Program-made: the position numbers and the translations under genes
Shown here: piece after piece, positions 56,708 through 64,000 of the stretch
How the letters are laid out: each line of letters begins with the position of its first letter
Numbering within the stretch: the stretch's first letter is position 1
Notes under the pieces: generated by a model
The model's database searches: none
What the model saw: the letters and a program-made list of their open reading frames with translations, nothing else
Told to the model about the DNA's origin: nothing
Origin: Candidatus Poribacteria bacterium
GTDB lineage: Bacteria; Poribacteria; WGA-4E; WGA-3G
Length of the DNA: 64,000 bases
Assembly: GCA_964291315.2 (NCBI GenBank)
Contig: OZ219753.1
Location: 1,280,001-1,344,000 of the forward strand
Direction of reading: 5' to 3'

Positions 56708-59700
56708 ATGAAAAACGTAATAACGCAAAAAATCGCCTTAAGCCTGCTGATAACGCTTGTATTAGCGTTCGGGGTGCCGGGAGGCGCAGACGCGATTACC
56801 AGGTTCACCAGAACCTCCAGCGACTACCCATTGGTAGCACCTCAAACAGACTTCACCATTCGGTTCGGAGTCACCTTTACCTCCACCTCCACCGATTCAG
56901 AGACGGCTCGGATTACAGTATCGGGAGGCTCTCTCAAGAAAGTAGGAAACTTTGACGCTTCTGGAACTACCCAAGATTTAACGGAGGGAGGAACCGCCGG
57001 CAAAGGACAGCTCCTCAGCTCTCACACATTAACCCTGACTTCCGGCGCAGCAGGCAAGATGAGCGTTACAATCTCGGATCGAACCTCCGGTGACAAAGCC
57101 AACGATTTGGTCTTTACGATCTACGTATCACCCGCTTTTACAAGTACTAACGCTCCGGCCTTCAGCAGCAGCTCTGTTACGACCGCTAGAGGGGATGTAA
57201 AATTTTCAACCTCAACGCCGCTAACCCTTAGCGGGGAGCACATCCGATTAAACTATAGGGTTACAGGTAACGGATCCGTCTTTATCAAAGAAGATGGCAA
57301 GGACGCAGGTACCACTTCAAAAAACCTGACCACATCTTCCGCGGCACCTGTCTATGTTCGTATGGGGGGAGGTACTAACAGAATAGCTATCTCTATTGTT
57401 GGTCAAAGAGCTAGCTCAACCATACAGGCTACCTATATCTATGGGGAGGAAACGGTACAAATAGTATCTGGCGATAAGCAGACCGGCGCAGTAGGCTCGG
57501 CTCTCGGCCAGCCGTTCGTTGTTAGGCTGACAGATACTGCGAATCGGCCTATTTCTGGCGTAAACGTTACATTTGATCCAGAAACAACAGATAATGACGA
57601 AGCTGCAATATTCATAAAAGATCTCGGTACGCCCGACGATTTGCATGTTGCTTATGGTGCAGGCACTACTCCATTCACCACTACCCAAGGTCAAGCCGTA
57701 GTAAAAACCAATGCCAACGGCGAAGCCAAGGCTGTTTGGGTACTGCACCGGACTGCGCATGCCCTTGAGAATGTTGCCCATGCTCACCTGAGTGGGCGTT
57801 CTTCGGGAAGTAATGCTTCAGTTGCTTTTCAGGCAAGGGCTGTAGCAAAAAACCCGGTCGTGAGCTCTATTGTGATAGCATCCGGCAACGGGCAGAGCGC
57901 CGATCAATACGGAATCATCGCCAACCCTTTGGTGGTTAGCGTCCGAGATTCGGCCGGCCACTTGGTTAAAGGACAAACAGTGCTGTTCATCGCGTTAAGT
58001 GGCGGGACACTCAGTAACAGCTCAGACGAAGAGCCAGGGGCAGCCTCTGGCAGTAGCAGTGGTGCTAGTGTAACAGTCACAACAGATAACAGGGGTCAAG
58101 CCGGTGTTCGCTATGCGCCGTCGCAAGTCGGCGGAAGCCAGCAGGTGCGGGCGAGCATTACAGGGAGCGCCAGCTCCGTAACTTTTACTGTCAACGGCAC
58201 ACGAGGCACAACCCCAACTACACCTACAACTACACCCGATTCCACCACACCCTCGACCCCAACCACACCTCCGCCGACGGACGGCGGGATTGTCGCAAGT
58301 CGCCTCAGAGTGGTGAGCGGTAACCAGCAGACCGGTGCACCAGGGGCAGTGCTCAACCCGTTTGTCGTTCAACTCTTAGATACAGACGGCGACGGCATTG
58401 ATCTCGTGGAGATCGATTTTGAAGTTGTATCCGGGAGCGGCACGCTCTCTGATAGCATGGATCAGACCGATGAGAGTGGCAATGCACGCTCAACGCTCAC
58501 CCTCGGCAGTTCCGCTGGCACCGTAACCGTCCGGGTAAGCGTAGATTCCGATGAAATCGGGGGCCGTTCCATTTCCCCAGTCACCTTCACTGCAACGGCA
58601 GAGGTAACAACATTGCCACCCGATGCAATCAACATCGTCGGCGATGAAACGTTGACCGGCGATATCAACGAAGAGATAGAGCTCACCGTCCAAGTTGTAG
58701 ATGCAGATGAAGATGGGGTAGACTTCGAACTCGTCACGTTCACCGTCACTGAAGGAAACGGGAGACTTCGCCCCAGTAGAGATCGAACCGACGAGGATGG
58801 CAATGCATCGACCTTTTTCACGCCTACCTCCCCGGGAACGTTGGAAGTTCGAGCCAATTCAGGCGACCTGGATCCTGTCACTTTCACGATCACAACCTCC
58901 GATCCGCCTGACGCGATTACGATTATCTCCGGAAACAACCAGAGCGGTAGACCCGGGGCCAGACTTGCCAACCCGTTTGTCGTTAGAGTGACTGATGCCC
59001 TCGACGACCCAGTTGCTGGGGTGACAGTCTCATTTTCGGTGACCGCAGGCGGCGGTAGCCTCTCCACCCAGAGCGCAACCACGAATAGCAACGGACGCGC
59101 ACAGGCAGTGCTGACCCTCGGCGCTGACTCCGGCAATAACACCGTCACTGCACGTGTCACAGGGCTGACGCCTGTTACCTTCAGGGCGATGTCGGGGGCA
59201 GAAGTGCACGTGGCTGCCGCACAGCGCCCACCGATGTACTGGGTTGGTAGAGCCCAAGGCACGCTCCATCGCCTCGTCGGCGCCGCAGTTGAGAACCTCC
59301 TGCCGAATGTCACGGGTGTCACGGACATCGCAGTGGATGCAGCACAGGGAGCTCTCTATTTTGCTGTGAAAGTAGGTGAAAACAGAGGTTCCATCCGGAG
59401 TTCAGCCCTCAATGGACAGAACGTCAGGACTATCAAGACGTTGACGGCTGTCCCCAACGGAATCGCCGTTGACGCGGCAAGCCAGACGGTCTATTGGACA
59501 AACTCCCGCGGCCGAATCCAATCTATCCCTGCAACGGGGAGCTCCAAGCTCACCAACGAAGTACAGAATATCTCTAACCCGAGCGCAATTGCGGTTTACA
59601 ACCAATTTGTCTATTGGGTAGAGTTGAACCGGCTCCGCAGGGCCAGTCTCACTGCCACACCGCAGACGGCGGAAACGCTTGCAACGGCAGATGGCAATAT

Positions 59701-60667
59701 TGTGAGCATCGCCGTCGCCAAAGGCAAAATTTACTGGATCGAAAGCGGTGTAGGCGGACGGGGGACTCTCAAACGTTCCAACCTCGCAGGCAAGAACGTC
59801 GAAACCCTTAAAACCTTCGCCTCCAATGTACCCACTTCGGTAGCAGTGGATAGTTCAGACAACAAAATTTACTGGACGAAGGGCTCAGGTACAATCCAGC
59901 GCTCGAACCTCGCGGGTAAGTGGACGAAAAACATCGTTACCGGATTGGCTAACCCGAGTGCTATCGCGCTTGGCACAATAACAGACAACCCGACTCCTGC
60001 CCAGCCGGCATCTTTGATATCAGAGGGGACAACGCCTAAAAAACCAACCACCTCCAAATACGATGTCAATGGCGATGGCAGCGTGGACGATCAGGATGTC
60101 ACCCTTGTAGCACTCGCCCTTGACGGAAAATATAACGCAAAATACGACGTTAACGGTGACAAAGTGGTGGACGCAAAAGACCTCCGCGCAGTCATCAATA
60201 ACACAGAGGACACTTCCGCAGCACCCGCAATCAATCTAGACCTGAAGGCACTAGACATCGATTTCGATCGGGTTCAGGCACAGATTGAGAGCGTACTGGT
60301 ATCCGACGATATGTCGCCCTCAACGCGACGCACATTGATGTATCTCCAACACCTCTTGGCAACAGCGCGGCCCTCGGAGACAACGTTGTTAACCAACTAT
60401 CCGAACCCGTTCAACCCAGAAACTTGGATACCGTATCAATTGGCGGACAGCACCGAGGTGCGGATTAACATCTACGATGCCCAAGGCATCTTGATACGGG
60501 CATTGAACCTCGGGCATCAAACCGCGGGCTACTACACCCACCGGAGTCGCGCCGCGTATTGGGACGGACGCAACGCCCTCGGCGAACCGGTTGCGAGCGG
60601 TATCTACTTCTACCAGCTCCAAACCGATACAACCTCCCTTATGCGGAAAATGGTTATCTTGAAGTAG
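56708..60667 (+). CDS. Large secreted/surface protein: Big-1 (invasin-type Ig) repeats, YWTD/LDLR-class-B propeller, dockerin-like EF-hand pair and a C-terminal FlgD/T9SS-like sorting domain
   Basis: Signal peptide, repeated SGNxQ.G...L..PFVV.V.D, YWT/IYW repeats, two DVNGD repeats, and LLTNYPNPFNPETWIPYQL...YWDGRN..GE.VASGIYFY. Confidence 0.9.
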   Translation: MKNVITQKIALSLLITLVLAFGVPGGADAITRFTRTSSDYPLVAPQTDFTIRFGVTFTSTSTDSETARITVSGGSLKKVGNFDASGTTQDLTEGGTAGKGQLLSSHTLTLTSGAAGKMSVTISDRTSGDKANDLVFTIYVSPAFTSTNAPAFSSSSVTTARGDVKFSTSTPLTLSGEHIRLNYRVTGNGSVFIKEDGKDAGTTSKNLTTSSAAPVYVRMGGGTNRIAISIVGQRASSTIQATYIYGEETVQIVSGDKQTGAVGSALGQPFVVRLTDTANRPISGVNVTFDPETTDNDEAAIFIKDLGTPDDLHVAYGAGTTPFTTTQGQAVVKTNANGEAKAVWVLHRTAHALENVAHAHLSGRSSGSNASVAFQARAVAKNPVVSSIVIASGNGQSADQYGIIANPLVVSVRDSAGHLVKGQTVLFIALSGGTLSNSSDEEPGAASGSSSGASVTVTTDNRGQAGVRYAPSQVGGSQQVRASITGSASSVTFTVNGTRGTTPTTPTTTPDSTTPSTPTTPPPTDGGIVASRLRVVSGNQQTGAPGAVLNPFVVQLLDTDGDGIDLVEIDFEVVSGSGTLSDSMDQTDESGNARSTLTLGSSAGTVTVRVSVDSDEIGGRSISPVTFTATAEVTTLPPDAINIVGDETLTGDINEEIELTVQVVDADEDGVDFELVTFTVTEGNGRLRPSRDRTDEDGNASTFFTPTSPGTLEVRANSGDLDPVTFTITTSDPPDAITIISGNNQSGRPGARLANPFVVRVTDALDDPVAGVTVSFSVTAGGGSLSTQSATTNSNGRAQAVLTLGADSGNNTVTARVTGLTPVTFRAMSGAEVHVAAAQRPPMYWVGRAQGTLHRLVGAAVENLLPNVTGVTDIAVDAAQGALYFAVKVGENRGSIRSSALNGQNVRTIKTLTAVPNGIAVDAASQTVYWTNSRGRIQSIPATGSSKLTNEVQNISNPSAIAVYNQFVYWVELNRLRRASLTATPQTAETLATADGNIVSIAVAKGKIYWIESGVGGRGTLKRSNLAGKNVETLKTFASNVPTSVAVDSSDNKIYWTKGSGTIQRSNLAGKWTKNIVTGLANPSAIALGTITDNPTPAQPASLISEGTTPKKPTTSKYDVNGDGSVDDQDVTLVALALDGKYNAKYDVNGDKVVDAKDLRAVINNTEDTSAAPAINLDLKALDIDFDRVQAQIESVLVSDDMSPSTRRTLMYLQHLLATARPSETTLLTNYPNPFNPETWIPYQLADSTEVRINIYDAQGILIRALNLGHQTAGYYTHRSRAAYWDGRNALGEPVASGIYFYQLQTDTTSLMRKMVILK

Positions 60668-60677
60668 TCGCACAACA

Positions 60678-60713
60678 TAAAAGAGGCACGGTCTCAAAAC
60701 CGTGCCTCTTTTA
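60678..60713 (+). terminator. Rho-independent terminator
   Basis: AAAAGAGGCACGGT-ctcaaa-ACCGTGCCTCTTTT immediately after the stop. Confidence 0.85.
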
Positions 60714-61058
60714 TTTATAAATAGATTGGAAAGCACCGCCTGGCCTTCCTTAAAATGGATCTCCTTGAACAGAAACGACGTGTGTATTAACCGTTTCCGT
60801 TTGTAATCTCCTTTGACTTGAATATCTTGGCGGACGCTCTGTCACTATATAGGCGCTTGTAGCATAGACTCTCATTTGAAAATAAAAACGAAAAAAAATA
60901 AAACTTTTTTCTCCGAGATGTGTATATACCTATTAAGAGGGCAACCTGTGTGTTATGTTGTTCTCTGTAAGTAGCATTTGAAAAGTATTCCGATTTCACT
61001 TATAGGTGTGAACGTTTCGCTGGAAGATGTGTAGCGTTTGCGAAGAAGGAGAAGAGTC

Positions 61059-61400
61059 ATGTCAACAGAGGTTCGTTATAAAGCAGGGGTTGTTATAGTT
61101 GAGCCCCGTGGCAAGATAATAGGTGGGCGTGTCTCGGAGCTACGGACTGCGATATTACCAGAGGTGAGAGCCTGTGATGCCCCTCGTATTCTGATAGATT
61201 TATCGCATGCACATCGTTTAGATTCCTCGGGTTTAGGGGTGCTGATGCAAGCGTATGTGCTGACGAAGCACAAGCGTGGGCGCATCGGTGTCATCCATGT
61301 CGGCAAACACATCAGGAACTTACTGGTTATCAGCCGGTTATTGACATCATTTGAGCATTTCAACAGCGAGTCTGCGGCGGTTGCAGCGTTTGGAAAATAG
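61059..61400 (+). CDS. STAS-domain anti-sigma factor antagonist
   Basis: ILIDLS...LDSSGLGVL phospho-Ser motif and FEHFNSE..AV.AF. AGGAG RBS. Confidence 0.92.
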   Translation: MSTEVRYKAGVVIVEPRGKIIGGRVSELRTAILPEVRACDAPRILIDLSHAHRLDSSGLGVLMQAYVLTKHKRGRIGVIHVGKHIRNLLVISRLLTSFEHFNSESAAVAAFGK

Positions 61401-61491
61401 GTAAAGAAGGCTGCAGCGCCCCTTTTGCGTTCGTTTGAAAAAACAGTTGTTCCGTCCCGGAGTCACAGCTGGATTGCCGGCTGTGGCTCCG
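61354..61491. repeat. Left arm of a ~140-bp inverted repeat (partner 63861-64000)
   Basis: STAS 3' end plus downstream UTR and hairpin 61459-61490. Reverse complement at the window end. Confidence 0.85.
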
Positions 61492-61568
61492 TGTTTCCAA
61501 ATATCTACCCGCGCTGTTGAATACAAGCATCTCTTTCGCGGTTTTGCAAATTGTCACGGAGTATCCAA

Positions 61569-63716
61569 ATGAGATGTGTCACTAACGTCTTGATAGCGCT
61601 TCTGTTTCTGATTAACCCTATCGGGCATTCACAATCCGATAACCGTATTGTAGCTTTTGATTGTCCAAAACTGCCGACTTCTGAATTCAATTTCGATGTA
61701 GATAGCCAAGTTATCGCGCTTTTAATGGAGGACCCAACCTCGGATATACCACCGTTGTTTAACACTATCGATGTTCTCTCCCTGCGCAGCTATCGAGGGC
61801 AGTCCGTCAGTTTCAAGGACATCGTTGAATATTATCAAGATATTCTAGAAGCGCGCCAGTGGCACGTTTTAAGACTCCCCGCCGAAGATGATTTAGAAAG
61901 TGCCACTTTGCATCTCTATGTCCTCCAAGAAAACGACACTGTTTACGGGATCTTTGCTATGATAAAAAGCACCGATACAGTGTACCTCATAAACATCACG
62001 GGTGCGATCCCGGAAGAGCAGCTAGGTGCCTTGCTCACAGGTCTCAATAAACTCAGTATTGAAATCCCGGAGCTCATGTCCCTGAATTCTGAGAGTGTGA
62101 AAGCTGCGCGAGCGGAAACATCAATGCCTGCTCAAACTGCCCCAGCAACGAGAACGCCTTCTGTTACACCGCGCGAGACTCCGCCGCTTACGCGAACTGT
62201 CTCACTCCTAAGATCTATGACTATCTCAGCGGCGGGCAGTAGCCCTGTCTACGAATCAATACCTGACACGTTAGTCGGGCAGAAAAACGACCTACAGGCT
62301 TCAAAAAACATCCCCCGTTTTTGGGCTGGCGACGTGCCTATCCACGCTATACGAATCCGGGGAAACCAGAAAATTTCAGAACAGGTCATCCGACAGACAC
62401 TCGAAAATAGTCAGTCGCCTGACCTCTCAAAAGCGCTGGAGACCCTCTTTAAAGCGGCTCCCTATTTTAAAGAGATCGCTTTACAAGTAGATAAGGAAAG
62501 TTCGAAATATATCGCCACAATTACGTTTAGTGAAAAACTGCTTTCTACCGGTGTATACCTCGGCTTCCACCGCCAACTGCGTCTCGGTTTCAACCGAGTG
62601 ACAGGCTGGGAGATCGGGGCAACAGGTATTGAATTCGGTAAAAGAGAGAATGTCGGTCCGTTTTGGGTGTGGAACCTCAGCGATTCAGTCAGTGATCGCA
62701 CCCACAAACTCTTTGGAGAGGCCAATTATGTCTTCGGCAACCCGCGTTTTCACTACCGTTTGGGTGGAACGGCGAATTGGGGGAAGCTTCATACGTGGAG
62801 CCTCGGACTCACCGCACAAATTCACCGTTTGACAGATGTCGTTGCCCCTGAACTCTTTCCGAACATGCCGCTCCCTAATTTTCAACGGACTATCGGGGCA
62901 CCGGACCTTCAAAATTACTATCTTCGCCAAGGTGCCGAGATCGCGATGCGATGGTCACCCGAAATGCCGCTTCACACGTTCAAAATGACAATGCTTGCAG
63001 AGTCACAGTCGAGCCTACAGAAAAGCACAGATTGGTTTCTCACGAATTGGAGCTCAACCTACACTGTCAGGGAAAACCCACCAATACGCCCCGGGAAAAT
63101 GCGAAGCATCGCCTTCCAATACGATTTTCGGGACCTGAAAAGAAGATCTTTGGGATGGCAGAATACCCTCCTCATCGAACATAGCAATACTCGCTTTGGA
63201 TCCGACTTCGATTTTACACGTTTGCTCTTACACCTCCGGTACGCTTTTCCGCTCGGGGATCACCGAGTGCGCACCCGATTTCTTTTCGGGTTCTCCAACA
63301 GATCACTTCCCGTTCAACGCCAATTTGTTATAAATGGGATAGCGGGACTCCGCGGATATCCTTGGTACAGAGAAGAAAATGAACCCGAAGGTTTTATGAA
63401 TTACAAGTTCGGGCACACCGTTTCTCCCTATGCCTTTGCGGGAGACCGCGGGTTTCTACTCAACGTTGAATATCACCACAGCTTAGCAACCCTATTGAGG
63501 TGGAGTTTTTTCAAAACTGCGTTCGCGATTATCTTCTTAGACGAAGGACAAGTTTGGCATGTATCCGGCCCGGCGTATACTTTCAATCCCAAAGGGAACA
63601 TCGGCATCGGTGCACAGATGTTAGTCGGTATTTTCCTTCTCCGAGCCAACATCGCAAAAGCCTTTGAGTCCGGAAAAGGGTTTCAAGTTACGACGGTTTT
63701 AAACCACCCGTTTTAG
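61569..63716 (+). CDS. Omp85/BamA-TamA-like outer membrane protein with an N-terminal DUF4252-like domain and a POTRA-like domain
   Basis: Signal peptide, IRIRGNQKIS..VI POTRA-like motif, amphipathic beta strands, LRGY motif and C-terminal Phe. Confidence 0.7.
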   Translation: MRCVTNVLIALLFLINPIGHSQSDNRIVAFDCPKLPTSEFNFDVDSQVIALLMEDPTSDIPPLFNTIDVLSLRSYRGQSVSFKDIVEYYQDILEARQWHVLRLPAEDDLESATLHLYVLQENDTVYGIFAMIKSTDTVYLINITGAIPEEQLGALLTGLNKLSIEIPELMSLNSESVKAARAETSMPAQTAPATRTPSVTPRETPPLTRTVSLLRSMTISAAGSSPVYESIPDTLVGQKNDLQASKNIPRFWAGDVPIHAIRIRGNQKISEQVIRQTLENSQSPDLSKALETLFKAAPYFKEIALQVDKESSKYIATITFSEKLLSTGVYLGFHRQLRLGFNRVTGWEIGATGIEFGKRENVGPFWVWNLSDSVSDRTHKLFGEANYVFGNPRFHYRLGGTANWGKLHTWSLGLTAQIHRLTDVVAPELFPNMPLPNFQRTIGAPDLQNYYLRQGAEIAMRWSPEMPLHTFKMTMLAESQSSLQKSTDWFLTNWSSTYTVRENPPIRPGKMRSIAFQYDFRDLKRRSLGWQNTLLIEHSNTRFGSDFDFTRLLLHLRYAFPLGDHRVRTRFLFGFSNRSLPVQRQFVINGIAGLRGYPWYREENEPEGFMNYKFGHTVSPYAFAGDRGFLLNVEYHHSLATLLRWSFFKTAFAIIFLDEGQVWHVSGPAYTFNPKGNIGIGAQMLVGIFLLRANIAKAFESGKGFQVTTVLNHPF

Positions 63717-63953
63717 GCCAAAACAAACCCTAACATACAATATTAACTCGTCACATAGATGTAGTAGTTGTAAGATGTGGTATATTCAATCGGATCACGC
63801 TGAAATGACCCTGTATGCGGCATCGTTCCAGATGATGAGCGTGCATGGTGATTGTGAGGACGAAGCCACAGCCGGCATCCCAGCTGTGGCTCCATGATAC
63901 AAGTGGTGTTTTTTTTCAAACGGACACAAAAGGGGCGCTGCAGGCTGCTTTAC

Positions 63954-64000
63954 CTATTTCGCAAACGCTGCAACCGCCGCAGACTCGCTGTTAAAATGCT
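63954..64000 (-). CDS. 3' end of a second STAS-domain paralog (partial)
   Basis: The reverse complement translates HFNSESAAVAAFAK*, versus HFNSESAAVAAFGK* at 61400. Confidence 0.8.
   Translation of the reverse strand, partial: HFNSESAAVAAFAK

Noticed and set aside
58462-59328. 288-aa minus-strand ORF
   Set aside because: Antisense shadow of the Ig-repeat region of the surface protein, with no RBS or domain features.
63815-63870. Hammerhead-like GATGATGAG...GACGAAG
   Set aside because: The core should be CUGANGA and GAAA. Both deviate, and the flanking stems are not evident.

Overview
Bacterial chromosomal window, most consistent with Candidatus Poribacteria or a similar sponge-symbiont lineage. 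This is an inference from the gene content: PhyH and Gfo/Idh/MocA paralogs, a PSCyt protein, a satellite EutN, a Uma2 expansion, and an Ig/YWTD/dockerin surface protein with an NYPNPFNP C-terminal domain. The left half (1-31 kb) is a patchwork of single metabolic and accessory genes: oxidoreductases, SAM methyltransferases, a GNAT, a Zn-metalloprotease, a helicase-less Type ISP/IIG-like R-M enzyme, an orphan hsdS and an ECF sigma factor. The stretch at 32-42 kb is a tetrapyrrole cluster (hemB-hemL-polyprenyl synthase-sirC-like-ccsA-hemA-hemC-cobA/hemD-comEA). At 46-56 kb is a repair/defence-like island containing rtcB, a split MTase-Mrr-like fusion and six tandem Uma2 nucleases with heptad-length-variable tails. 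The right end encodes a 1319-aa surface protein and an Omp85-like protein flanked by convergent STAS paralogs. The most notable unannotated signals are: (1) a consensus sigma54 promoter driving a ~128-nt cloverleaf (tRNA/Y-RNA-like) candidate ncRNA just downstream of rtcB; (2) the Uma2 tandem array; (3) two homologous orphan IS200/IS605-end (omegaRNA-like) elements; (4) a perfect 8+8 bp pseudoknot at the start of the surface-protein 5' UTR; (5) a GTAG-REP composite element. No rRNA, canonical tRNA, CRISPR array or transposase gene was seen. All calls are by eye, without database searches.
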